DNA of 35,778 nt from Actinomycetota bacterium. GTDB lineage: Bacteria; Actinomycetota; Actinomycetes; UBA12327. A program made the translations under genes and the position numbers. The notes under the pieces were generated by a model. It searched no databases and was not told the origin of the DNA. It saw only the letters and a list, made by a program, of their open reading frames with translations. The stretch lies in contig JAPLBW010000028.1 in the NCBI GenBank assembly GCA_026392555.1, forward strand, positions 1-35,778, in the 5' to 3' direction. How positions within the stretch are numbered: the first letter of the stretch is position 1; each line of letters begins with the position of its first letter. Positions 1 through 8,315 of this stretch are shown piece after piece.

Positions 1-1
1 C

Positions 2-238
2 GAGGTTGCGCAACGCATCGAAGCTGGGTTCGTGTTTATCAATACACATAACCGGACCGGCATGACTCCGCGTGCACCGTTTGGTGGTGTGAAGAAGTCT
101 GGCTTTGGCCGCGAGTATGGCGATGAAGGCTTGCTTGACTACACCCAGAATGTGTCGATCCACGCTCCGGCTGCCTACCGCCCCGGCGGATCGGGAGGGG
201 CAGCTAATGCGTATCCAGGAACTGCAGATGTTGTTTAG
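2..238 (+). CDS. aldehyde dehydrogenase family protein, C-terminal fragment (5' end outside window)
   Basis: The frame is open from base 2 to TAG at 236-238. The translation EVAQRIEAGFVFINTHN...PFGGVKKSGFGREYGDEGLLDYTQ is the typical ALDH C-terminus (PFGG.K.SG.GRE). Confidence 0.8.
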   Translation, partial: EVAQRIEAGFVFINTHNRTGMTPRAPFGGVKKSGFGREYGDEGLLDYTQNVSIHAPAAYRPGGSGGAANAYPGTADVV

Positions 239-276
239 CGCATAGCCGATGTGTTGGATGATCTGATCGACAACGG

Positions 277-558
277 TTAGTTGTCGTAGTCCACAACGAC
301 GCGGCTAGTCAGCAGCGGTCGCAACCAACCACCAAATTCCACGTGGTCTGGGTTGGCTTGGTAGGCCTTGAGGTCCTCGACCGAGTCGTGTGTGGTGGTC
401 AGGGCGAGGTCGTAGGAGACTTCTGAACCGACGACGTCCAGGCCAACATGCAAGGTCTTAATCTCGGGGATTTGGGTGACTAACGTCTCCAAGCGCGTCT
501 TGGCCTCGTCGCGGTTGGCGGAATCAGCAAACTTCATCAACACAATGTGAGTAATCAA
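277..558 (-). CDS. Dabb (stress-responsive alpha/beta-barrel) domain protein
   Basis: 93 aa with a TTG start preceded by GGAG. The N-terminus MITHIVLMKF and the size fit the Dabb ferredoxin-like family. It lies 3 nt downstream of the preceding gene, so the two are probably translationally coupled. Confidence 0.7.
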   Translation of the reverse strand: MITHIVLMKFADSANRDEAKTRLETLVTQIPEIKTLHVGLDVVGSEVSYDLALTTTHDSVEDLKAYQANPDHVEFGGWLRPLLTSRVVVDYDN

Positions 559-561
559 CGT

Positions 562-1203
562 CTAGCTCCGGTCCTTGATGTAATCGAGGGCTTGCTCTTC
601 GGACACAACTTCGGCGTACTTGGCTTGCAGGTCAAAGAGGTTGGCTTCGTGCGGACCAGGGTGGCGATCGCCCACGGCCTCTCGCACGATGATGGGGATA
701 AACCCGTAGGAAACCGTGTCGACGCCGGTTGCACGTACACAGCCTGAGGTCGACCAGCCGGTAATGAGTACGGTGTCGATGCCTTGAGCATGCAAGGTGT
801 TGGCAAGGTCAGTGCCGATGAAGGCTGATGGGTACTGCTTGGTAACGACGAGTTCGTCTCCAACAGGTTCCAGGCCTTCAACCCACTCGCCAAAGGGCGA
901 ACCTTTGTCGAACATGCGAAGAGCGGGAACCTTCTTGTAAAAGTAACCACCGTTAGCGCCGCCGGGTTCGTACTCCACGCGAGTCCAGACAACAGGAACG
1001 CCAGCGGCACGAGCGGCCACGACCAGCCGCTTCATGGATTCAGCAGATGACTCAACACCGGCATACAAGGGTGATTCGGGATCGATGTAGGCCTTGCACA
1101 CATCCACCATGAGCAAGATCGGGTGCTCTCCGAACGTCAGCGACCCATCAAAGGCTCCGACGTAGTTGGCCTGGACATCGCTGTCGAGGGGCTTGGCGCT
1201 CAT
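562..1203 (-). CDS. isochorismatase-family cysteine hydrolase (N-carbamoylsarcosine amidase / maleamate amidohydrolase-like)
   Basis: 213 aa with RBS GAGAGGAG. The D-K-C triad context is visible: LLMVDVCKAY, VVTKQYPSAF, ITGWSTSGCVRAT. Confidence 0.8.
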   Translation of the reverse strand: MSAKPLDSDVQANYVGAFDGSLTFGEHPILLMVDVCKAYIDPESPLYAGVESSAESMKRLVVAARAAGVPVVWTRVEYEPGGANGGYFYKKVPALRMFDKGSPFGEWVEGLEPVGDELVVTKQYPSAFIGTDLANTLHAQGIDTVLITGWSTSGCVRATGVDTVSYGFIPIIVREAVGDRHPGPHEANLFDLQAKYAEVVSEEQALDYIKDRS

Positions 1204-1312
1204 GAGGCTCCTCTCGGGCCGACCACGGAATAATCGTGGTCGGGGTAGGGTTGAAATCTAGTGGATGGCTACTCATGAAGGTGAAGCAAGTGGCCCGAGA
1301 AGATGAGGATGT

Positions 1313-2221
1313 ATGACTCGCGTCCAAGTGGTTGAAGTATCTGCCCGTGACGGGCTCCAAAATGACCCCGCGTTCTTGACCACCGAGCAAAAAGTTGAAC
1401 TGATCAGGCGAAGCATTGCGGCCGGCATTGATCGCGCTGAAGTAGCGTCTTTCGCCAACCCCAAGGCCGTGCCTCAGATGGCTGACGCTGAAGGTGTGCT
1501 CGAAGGCCTGGGAGTGATCGATGGGTTCTCCAGTATTGGTTTGGTGCTCAACACCAGAGGCTTTCACCGAGCAGTCACCACCAACGTCAAAGAAGTCAAC
1601 GTCGTCGTGGTGAGCACCGATACCTTCAGTCAGCGCAATCAGCGGATGGATTCGCTGGGGACGCTGGCTGTCTTGGAGGAGGTCATCCCGCTAGCCAGAG
1701 AAGCCGGCATCAAGGCGACCGTGACTTTGGCCGCCAGTTTTGGATGCCCCTTTGAAGGTGAAGTTTCCATTGACCGCACGGTGATGCTGGCTGAAAAAGC
1801 TGCAGAGTACGGCGTTGCCGAAATCGCCTTGGCAGACACCATTGGAGTCGCGGTACCGGCAGATGTAAAGCGACGATTCGAGGCAGTCAAAGCAGTCTCT
1901 GGAGACATTCCGTTACGCGCGCACTTCCACAACACCCGAAATACCGGTTATGCCAACGCGTTAGCCGCTGTGGAGGCCGGAGTATTTATCCTCGATGCCA
2001 GCTTGGCCGGTATTGGCGGCTGTCCGTTCGCGCCTAAGGCCACCGGAAATATCGCGACGGAGGACTTGGTGTACGCCTTGCACCGCAGCGGAATTGAAAC
2101 CGGCCTGGATCTCGACAAGCTACTGGAGGCCAGCGAGTGGTTTGCACAAATCCTGGAACGAAAGACGCCGTCACTGGTCAGTAAGGCCGGAGTCTTCCCG
2201 CCAGCGGAATTGCTTGCCTAG
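1313..2221 (+). CDS. hydroxymethylglutaryl-CoA lyase-like (HMGL family) enzyme
   Basis: 302 aa. It shows VEVSARDGLQN near the N-terminus, then HFHNTRNTGYANALAAVEAG and GIGGCPFAP, which are typical HMGL TIM-barrel motifs. Confidence 0.85.
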   Translation: MTRVQVVEVSARDGLQNDPAFLTTEQKVELIRRSIAAGIDRAEVASFANPKAVPQMADAEGVLEGLGVIDGFSSIGLVLNTRGFHRAVTTNVKEVNVVVVSTDTFSQRNQRMDSLGTLAVLEEVIPLAREAGIKATVTLAASFGCPFEGEVSIDRTVMLAEKAAEYGVAEIALADTIGVAVPADVKRRFEAVKAVSGDIPLRAHFHNTRNTGYANALAAVEAGVFILDASLAGIGGCPFAPKATGNIATEDLVYALHRSGIETGLDLDKLLEASEWFAQILERKTPSLVSKAGVFPPAELLA

Positions 2222-2251
2222 TAAGCGCGATGCGATTTAGCAGTTGACAAT

Positions 2252-2287
2252 AAAAAAGACGCCCACCGAGGTGAGCGTCTTTTTTAT
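2252..2287. terminator. bidirectional rho-independent terminator between convergent genes
   Basis: The sequence is AAAAAAGACGCCCACcgagGTGAGCGTCTTTTTTA: a GC stem flanked by an A-run upstream and a T-run downstream. It sits between the stops at 2221 (+) and 2293 (-). Confidence 0.75.
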
Positions 2288-2292
2288 CTGGT

Positions 2293-3120
2293 CTAGTGAC
2301 TCATGACGGGCTCGGTGCGAGCCGGCACCTTGAAGTCAGCTGGGACTTCGTAAACAACCTCGTTGGTCTCAAGTTGTGCACGCAGTAGTTCGGATTGGCG
2401 ATCGCCAACCATGGGGCCAATGAGATCCCAGACGGGGTCAACCTCACGGTTGAAGATCAATCCTCGGTTGGCCGCATCGCGGGCTACAAGGTCAGTGTCC
2501 TGGATGGAGTCCAGAACGTTTTGAGGCAGACCTTCATCTACGAGCTGGAACCACCAGTCAAGATAAGCCTGAACGTTGACATCCATCGCTGGGTAGTTGT
2601 CGGCGTGAACGCGGTAGGCCAACATCCACTGCGACATGATCGACCGTTGGCGTGGAGTCAGCTGAGCCTCGGACAAGCCTGGATGCGATTTGCCGGCCGC
2701 GTAGGTGTCGTTTAAGTGGCCAAACACGTAGTCCATGTAGGTCCGGTGCGAACCAAGATCAACACGTGGGAGCAGATCCAAGTGCATCGCGTAGAACGGG
2801 GCGCTAAAGACCGAGTCAAAGGTCCAGTGTGGAATGGGTGATTCACCATCGGTAAATGCAAAGACCATATGACTGTCAAGCAGGAAGGGAGCAGGGGCAC
2901 CTGGCGGGTGAATCTCGTTGGTGATGGCGTGGTAGACGACCTTCTTCACCAAGTCATCACCAACCAAAACCCGAGTCATGCCCAGATCCTTGTCTCCAGC
3001 AGCGTTGGTAATGGTGTGGAATGGCCCACCATCTGCGCTGTGAAGTTCTTTCATCCCAAGGCGTGCCTTGATCTGTTCTAGCTTGTCGACATTGAGCTTT
3101 TGGGCCCAGCGTTCTGTCAT
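2293..3120 (-). CDS. ferredoxin-dependent bilin reductase (PcyA-like) superfamily protein, subfamily 1 (paralog of 8316..9074)
   Basis: 275 aa with RBS AAGGAA. The core LLDSHMVFAF..PIPHWTFDSV..MHLDLLPRVDL resembles PcyA LDILHCVMFP..LPLFGCDIV..ADLSP, including His and Asp at near-identical spacing. The C-terminal ARDAANRGLIFNREVDPVW..G..ELLRAQL resembles the FDBR tail. It starts 31 bp downstream of the Rieske oxygenase gene. Confidence 0.6.
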   Translation of the reverse strand: MTERWAQKLNVDKLEQIKARLGMKELHSADGGPFHTITNAAGDKDLGMTRVLVGDDLVKKVVYHAITNEIHPPGAPAPFLLDSHMVFAFTDGESPIPHWTFDSVFSAPFYAMHLDLLPRVDLGSHRTYMDYVFGHLNDTYAAGKSHPGLSEAQLTPRQRSIMSQWMLAYRVHADNYPAMDVNVQAYLDWWFQLVDEGLPQNVLDSIQDTDLVARDAANRGLIFNREVDPVWDLIGPMVGDRQSELLRAQLETNEVVYEVPADFKVPARTEPVMSH

Positions 3121-3151
3121 GTGGATTCCTTTTCTTTAGAGCAGAAGGGAC

Positions 3152-4363
3152 TTAGGACTCTTCGATTTCGTAGGCCGTCTGTCCGCCAGCGTTAGTAGCG
3201 GTTTCTACCTTGGATCCACCCAAGATGGCCCTCGAACTGACCTCCTTGTGCACCCAAGCATTCGCAAGTTCTGGATTGTTCTTGCGGGCTGGTGAAGGAA
3301 TAACTACTGCGACGTCGCGCGGTCCATCGCCAACGATCTGGTGCATGTCAATGCCCCAGCCCTGGTCCAGGAGTTCGTTGCGACGACGACGGTAGGTCGT
3401 TTGCAGGATGTCTGAGCGAATGTGCAGTTCATCCGAGAGCTGGTACGGCAAGATTTCCGGACGTTGCTTCTTGAGCACGCTGTCATCCTGCTTGAAGATG
3501 TCTTGGATGCGCTTGTGGGTGTCCTTGTCGGCCCATTCAGCCTTGATGAAGTCGCGCAGGCCGATGTACATCGAGCGCGTGTGGTTCTCGTCCACGGGGA
3601 CGTGGGCATCGATGAGCACCATGTTGCCGATCGGCAGGGGAACGTACAAAACGTTGATGTTAGGCAAGAAGTAACCGGCCTTGACGTGAGTAAGGACGGG
3701 TCCGTCGCCGACTTCCTTCTTGTACTTGAACTTGAACAACTTGCCCCACAGGCCACCCAAGTTCTTCGGCGGAGCCTTCAGCGGGATGGTGGAAAGACCT
3801 GACCAGGGGGTGGTCGTGACGTCAAAGTCGGGGACCGAGGGGTCCTTGATGTTTCCGAATCGACTGCCGTGGACGAACGCTGCGTGGGAGCCGTCCATGC
3901 CGTTTTCCAGGGCGCGCTCGTAGTTCACCTTCCAGTAGTAACTACCTTCAACGCGCTTGAACTGCGGGTCGTCAAGTTCGGGGATGTCGGGGATGGGGGG
4001 GCGTTCTTCTTCGGGAAGGTCACCCAGGAAGGTCCACACATAGCCGTACTTCTCAATGACGGGGTAGGAGTCAACGCGGGCTTTGGTAGGAATGTTGCGC
4101 TGTGGCTGAGCCGGAATTTTGGTGCACTGACCGTCGCCGCCGTACTGCCAACCGTGGTAAGGACACACGATGGAATCTTTGTCATCGGTCAACCAGCCTT
4201 CTGACAAGGGGCCACCGCGGTGGACACACAGGTCGCTTAAGCAATTGACTTGGCCCTTGGAGTCCCGGAACAACACGAAGTACTGTCCCAATGCCTGCAG
4301 CGACAAGGGGCGGTCAACAACGTTGGAGCTGAATTCAACGGGCCACCATAGATTCTTAAGCAC
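3152..4363 (-). CDS. Rieske [2Fe-2S] non-haem iron oxygenase, alpha-subunit type (PaO/Tic55/KshA-like class)
   Basis: 403 aa with a GTG start after AAGGACGG. The Rieske motif is CVHRGGPLSEGWL-x11-CPYHGWQYGGDGQCTKIP. The mononuclear-iron motif is ENGMDGSHAAFVH (E-N-x2-D-x-S-H-x2-F-x-H). Confidence 0.9.
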   Translation of the reverse strand: MLKNLWWPVEFSSNVVDRPLSLQALGQYFVLFRDSKGQVNCLSDLCVHRGGPLSEGWLTDDKDSIVCPYHGWQYGGDGQCTKIPAQPQRNIPTKARVDSYPVIEKYGYVWTFLGDLPEEERPPIPDIPELDDPQFKRVEGSYYWKVNYERALENGMDGSHAAFVHGSRFGNIKDPSVPDFDVTTTPWSGLSTIPLKAPPKNLGGLWGKLFKFKYKKEVGDGPVLTHVKAGYFLPNINVLYVPLPIGNMVLIDAHVPVDENHTRSMYIGLRDFIKAEWADKDTHKRIQDIFKQDDSVLKKQRPEILPYQLSDELHIRSDILQTTYRRRRNELLDQGWGIDMHQIVGDGPRDVAVVIPSPARKNNPELANAWVHKEVSSRAILGGSKVETATNAGGQTAYEIEES

Positions 4364-4552
4364 AGTTTCCGTCCTTCATCACGACAGCCGACAGTGGGAT
4401 TGCTTGCCGGCTATTTGGTTGTGGAACTCACAGGGGAGTTCCGTTGGATCCCCCAGAATTTCCGTTCTCCCATAGTACGGCGGTCCGCTCCCACGCGCGA
4501 CCCCGATAGGTCAGGTCTGGCCACGCCTAGGACCAAAGTCCCATGGCTAGTC

Positions 4553-4572
4553 CCAGGGCGGGTGCGCCCTGG
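4553..4572 (-). terminator. possible hairpin terminator after the ACAD-like gene
   Basis: CCAGGGCG-ggtg-CGCCCTGG is a perfect 8-bp stem, 16 nt downstream of the stop at 4588. There is no U-tract, which is common in actinobacteria. Confidence 0.35.
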
Positions 4573-4587
4573 CTCAACCGATCCGCG

Positions 4588-5871
4588 CTAGTCCTTCTTG
4601 GTGACCGCCGTGGTCATGCCCGCCCAGCCCTGACCGCTGGTGATCTGCTTAGCCACATCGAGCTTGCCTCGCTCGGCCGGGAAGGCCTGGACCAGACCCA
4701 TGGCCGCATCGCGAAGCGATCGGCCAATCTCGTTGTCCATCAGGGCGCCACTGGTGCCGCACATCTTGAGGGCGTTGGCAGTGACTTCAAAGGCACGCTC
4801 ACAAATGGTCCCCTTGGCCAATCGCCAGGTGCGTGCAACGTCAGCGTTGGGCAGCAACGGGGGTTCACTGGATTCCAGATCAATTTGACGGCGTAACCAC
4901 ATGTGGATGTCCTCGAGCTTTTGTTCAGTCTCGCCAATGAGGATTTGGTGCATCGAGCTCGTGGCGATTGATGCGCCGGTGTCACCGAACTTCATCGCCA
5001 TCGTGCGATCGAGTGCGTACTCGTAAGAATTACGCGCCACGCCGGCGTAGATAGAAGCGATAGCGATCTGGTTACCTACCCAGGTTCCGCGAGCAACTTG
5101 AGTCGCGCGTTGGAATCCACCATGCAGGGTCAGTGCCATGTCGTCAGGGACGAACGCCTCGTTAAGAATGCAGCCGTCGTTGTCCGATGCACGCATACCC
5201 AAACCGCTCCAGTGGGTGCGCGGTTCTACGCCATCTTGGGTTCGGTCGACCAAGAACAGGGCCAACCCATTGAGGTCGGTAGCACCTTCTAGGCGGGCGG
5301 TCACTAGGTAGTAGTCAGCAACAGATGATAGGCAGCCAAAGGACTTCGTGCCGCTGACGCTCCAGCCGCCGTCCACCTTCTTGGCTTCGGTTTGAATGAC
5401 GACATTGGCCGTTTCAGCCTTCACCGATTCACTAGCGAAGTTCCCGATCCACAGTGCGTCGGTTCCCATGAAGGTCAAAATCTTTTCCGCAAAAGCTCGA
5501 ACTACGGGGATTTCTTCATCGGTGTACAAACCGGCATCAATAGCACCGAGCGGCAACATGCCGCGGGATGACGAGGAGTTGTGGAAGAAGTACGCAAGTG
5601 CTGTTGAGGCACATGCCGTTCCCATGACGTAGGTCGCGGCACAGAGGTCGCGCAACGTCCCGCCCATGCCGCCGTACTCGGTGGGAATCACCAGACCAAG
5701 AAGTCCGGACTCGGCGATGGCCTTGGCATTGCCTGGAGCAAAGCGTCCTTCGGCATCAGCAATGGGTGCATTCGCGCGCAGGGTGGGCAGGATGCTTTCG
5801 ACGACAGCGGCTCGCTCGCGCTCGGCATCGGTCATGCGGTCGAGGATGCGTTCGGCAATGAGTTGCGTCAT
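4588..5871 (-). CDS. acyl-CoA dehydrogenase-fold flavoprotein (dehydrogenase or flavin monooxygenase type)
   Basis: 427 aa with RBS GGAGA. ESGLLGLVIPTEYGGMGG, the middle beta-domain (GGWSVSGTKSFG) and a C-terminal helical domain are typical of the ACAD family. Confidence 0.8.
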   Translation of the reverse strand: MTQLIAERILDRMTDAERERAAVVESILPTLRANAPIADAEGRFAPGNAKAIAESGLLGLVIPTEYGGMGGTLRDLCAATYVMGTACASTALAYFFHNSSSSRGMLPLGAIDAGLYTDEEIPVVRAFAEKILTFMGTDALWIGNFASESVKAETANVVIQTEAKKVDGGWSVSGTKSFGCLSSVADYYLVTARLEGATDLNGLALFLVDRTQDGVEPRTHWSGLGMRASDNDGCILNEAFVPDDMALTLHGGFQRATQVARGTWVGNQIAIASIYAGVARNSYEYALDRTMAMKFGDTGASIATSSMHQILIGETEQKLEDIHMWLRRQIDLESSEPPLLPNADVARTWRLAKGTICERAFEVTANALKMCGTSGALMDNEIGRSLRDAAMGLVQAFPAERGKLDVAKQITSGQGWAGMTTAVTKKD

Positions 5872-6037
5872 GTGATCTCCAGGTCATCTGAGGTCGATGG
5901 GTAAATGCGTAACGTTTTTGGCGAAGAGCGTTTCATACTCTTCTGACGAAACCCTAGGGGCTTTTGACCCTAACGGGACGGTCGGGTGGCCGCTTGTGGC
6001 ATCGTCTAAGTTCTGTGTGAATTTATGGAGGTAGGCC

Positions 6038-6487
6038 ATGGAGATCGTTTTTGAGCAGCCCACATCAGAGGGCGTGCAGGCTGCGTACGAGGTAGCCCGG
6101 CAGTGGTTGCCAGCTTTCGTGGCTGGTAAACGAGCCGAAGAGCACCTCTACGCACCTGGCGTGAGCACGTGGCACAACATCGGTGAATGGGAGGCACCCA
6201 TCCACACCACACCAAGTCGCACGCGACGGATCAACGCCGGCGCGGTTCTTGGAATCGATGAAGTCAAATGCACAGTCTTTGACGGTGGCTTTGTTTTGCA
6301 GGCTGTGACGATTGGCACTTCGGCTGATGGACAACCCGTGCGTGTGCCGACCGTCTTGATTGTGACCGTGACTAATGGGCAGATCGCGCGCTTTGAGGAG
6401 TACGCCGACTCGGCAGCATCGAAAGCCCTCTTTGGCGAAGAGGTTGACGCGATTCGCGACGAGCACGCCAGCTTCGAATCAGAATAA
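6038..6487 (+). CDS. SnoaL/NTF2-like fold protein
   Basis: 149 aa with a strong RBS GGAGG 7 nt upstream. The C-terminal LIVTVTNGQIARFEEYAD is typical of SnoaL-like cone-fold proteins. Confidence 0.5.
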   Translation: MEIVFEQPTSEGVQAAYEVARQWLPAFVAGKRAEEHLYAPGVSTWHNIGEWEAPIHTTPSRTRRINAGAVLGIDEVKCTVFDGGFVLQAVTIGTSADGQPVRVPTVLIVTVTNGQIARFEEYADSAASKALFGEEVDAIRDEHASFESE

Positions 6488-6510
6488 GGCCCTACGGAAA
6501 AAGGAAATAA

Positions 6511-6543
6511 GTAAGCCGCCCTTCGTGGCGAAGAGCGGCTTAC
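6511..6543. terminator. hairpin terminator between convergent genes
   Basis: GTAAGCCGCccTTCGtggCGAAgaGCGGCTTAC. An A-rich tract on the left gives a T-tract for the minus-strand transcript. Confidence 0.6.
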
Positions 6544-6560
6544 TCAATGTCTTGTCGTGC

Positions 6561-7238
6561 TTATGGCTTGACTTGCACCCAAACTTCGTGGGTTGCGTCG
6601 TCCCACGTGGCGTATTCGAATTCCACGCCTAGGTCCTTGGCGTAGCCCTCAAAGCGAGGAACGACGTAGTTTTCCCACAGCCACTGCTCAGTCATATCGA
6701 ACTGACCGATGCGTGAACCGGCGGCAAGGCAGGTCTTGAAGGGGGAAATCCACGTGCGTCGCATGCCATCTTCGGAGCGAGTGGTCTCTAGAACCATGTG
6801 GTAGTGGCAGGAGCTGTAGCCCGCAACAGCGAGGACCGCGAGTTCCTTCTTTCCCGACACGGCGATGAGTTGGCCCATGCGCTCGTTGACCGGCTTCATG
6901 GTCTTCACATCATGTGCGTTCCAGTCGTCCATCAGATCGCGCTCTTTAGCAAACTGGACAACCTGCAAGTGCAACTTAATGACCGCATCGTTGAGTTCGT
7001 GCTGGTAAGGCACTTGCTCGTGCAACGTGCGCATGACCATCTTCACGCCAATGGCGAATTCCTTCTCGAGTCCGGCGATGACATCAAAGTCCGTCTGCTC
7101 GGAAGTCAGGTACCGCTCAGCAATGGCAGTGAAGTCAGGCATTCCGCCGGGAGGTCCGCCAGCACCGGGTGGGGGTCCACCTGCTGTGGCGTGGGCGGGT
7201 GGTCCGCCAGGCTTTGTGGTTTCGGGTGCTTGCGTCAT
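6561..7238 (-). CDS. hypothetical protein with a Pro/Gly-rich N-terminus, co-transcribed with the RCCR-like gene
   Basis: 225 aa with RBS GAAGAGG, starting 27 bp after the upstream stop. It has an N-terminal PGGPPAHATAGGPPPGAGGPPGG tract. I recognise no family. Confidence 0.55.
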   Translation of the reverse strand: MTQAPETTKPGGPPAHATAGGPPPGAGGPPGGMPDFTAIAERYLTSEQTDFDVIAGLEKEFAIGVKMVMRTLHEQVPYQHELNDAVIKLHLQVVQFAKERDLMDDWNAHDVKTMKPVNERMGQLIAVSGKKELAVLAVAGYSSCHYHMVLETTRSEDGMRRTWISPFKTCLAAGSRIGQFDMTEQWLWENYVVPRFEGYAKDLGVEFEYATWDDATHEVWVQVKP

Positions 7239-7265
7239 GTTTACCTCTTCAGCGCTAGTAGTTCG

Positions 7266-8078
7266 TTAGGAAACGGATGGTCGAGGAATCTGGCGGTCAG
7301 CTCCCCAAAGTGCATTGACCAAACGCTCTTCAATGTCAGGTCCAAGTCGGCGAGCGGCGAGGACGTTTGCAGGGTCTCGCTTAACGATGGTACGGCGTAA
7401 AATCAGATCGCGCTCGGCCAATTCAGCACGTTTTTCGACCGGGACAGGCGTAGCTTCCTTGACCCAGCCAAGCCAGATGTCCACCAGGCGGTGGGCCTCG
7501 GTGCGCATGAGTTCCCAGTTCTCCTCGTTGTTGTCCAACGAGGAGCAGATAGCGACGTCGCTGAGTACCTGGCGGATGTAGGCGCTACGGCTAACGAACT
7601 GGGTCAGACGTGGGTCCACGCGCAATTCCAGGTAGTGCTCGTTGCGTGGCTCGATGTACTTGTCGAAGTAGTCGACATTGGTGTTCAAGTCCTGACGCGC
7701 AGGAGTGTCTAAGTAAATCCACGGGCGAGGGGAGGTGCCGAAGGCGATACCCAAGTGCGGAACGTCGATGTGCGGGCCAAGCCAGACCGTCACGTGCACG
7801 TTGACGAACGCGCGCTTGAAGTCGCCGATCCAGGCGTGCGCCAGCCAGTCAACTTCGGGGCCGGTATAGGCATTGAGTGATCCACCAGGCCCCTCAACAC
7901 CGTCAGCGCCATAGTGCTCAAGGTCTGCGTAGCCGGGGTCACGGTGGAGCTCGAAGACCGGGCGAATCTTGTCCATCAATTCGTTAGAGATCTTCCAGCC
8001 GTTTTCCCAAACGTCCGTGACGTCGAGGGCGCCTGCGCCATCAACCATGTCCGCTATGAGAGCAACTGTTTCCGCCAT
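7266..8078 (-). CDS. red chlorophyll catabolite reductase (RCCR)-like / FDBR superfamily protein, subfamily 2 (paralog of 11662..12486)
   Basis: 270 aa with RBS GAGGAA. The blocks GPEVDWLAHAWIG, VDVPHLGIAF, DLNTNVDYFDKYIEP, FVSRSAYIRQVLSDVA and ERDLILRRTIVKRDPANVLAARRLGPDIEERLVNALWG match, in order, my recollection of plant RCCR blocks (IDFVIGSWIH / APNFVVEL / DLVLNPDYLKEYY / YVSPSLFVRSAFSPTA / RRDKSFRRKSIEDDLDLQFPRMFGEEV). Confidence 0.6.
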   Translation of the reverse strand: MAETVALIADMVDGAGALDVTDVWENGWKISNELMDKIRPVFELHRDPGYADLEHYGADGVEGPGGSLNAYTGPEVDWLAHAWIGDFKRAFVNVHVTVWLGPHIDVPHLGIAFGTSPRPWIYLDTPARQDLNTNVDYFDKYIEPRNEHYLELRVDPRLTQFVSRSAYIRQVLSDVAICSSLDNNEENWELMRTEAHRLVDIWLGWVKEATPVPVEKRAELAERDLILRRTIVKRDPANVLAARRLGPDIEERLVNALWGADRQIPRPSVS

Positions 8079-8315
8079 GTTGGATTCCTCGTTTCGGGTG
8101 GAGCAAAAGTGGGGATTGGACGTTGCCTAAGAGTTAGTCTGTTGTCCAAGCCTTCGTGGTTAGTGGCGATACCCTTCCATATCAGGCCTAGCAAAGACAC
8201 CCCGGTTGCCGCCTTTTTACCCTTCGGGCAGGCAACACGGTTATTTCAGGGCTAAAGTCACGGCTTAACCAGCATGGCCCTCACGCCGGGGGCACCACCG
8301 ATGGAGGAGTTTTTC

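Noticed and set aside
555-1010. 151-aa minus-strand ORF overlapping the isochorismatase-family gene in another frame, and similar overlapping ORFs throughout (e.g. 1148..1567, 3304..3756, 18898..19515, 24006..24632, 27200..27742, 32250..32663).
   Set aside because: All are alternative-frame or antisense ORFs inside well-supported genes. They have Arg/Ser/Pro-rich compositions and no RBS or motif support.
2244-2249. TTGACA hexamer as a -35 promoter element.
   Set aside because: It sits between two convergent gene ends, immediately next to the terminator hairpin. No gene lies downstream for it to drive.
8274-8315. Upstream ATG start for the FDBR-like gene at 8274.
   Set aside because: The GGAGGAG RBS sits 6 nt before the ATG at 8316, and the paralog's length matches the shorter form.
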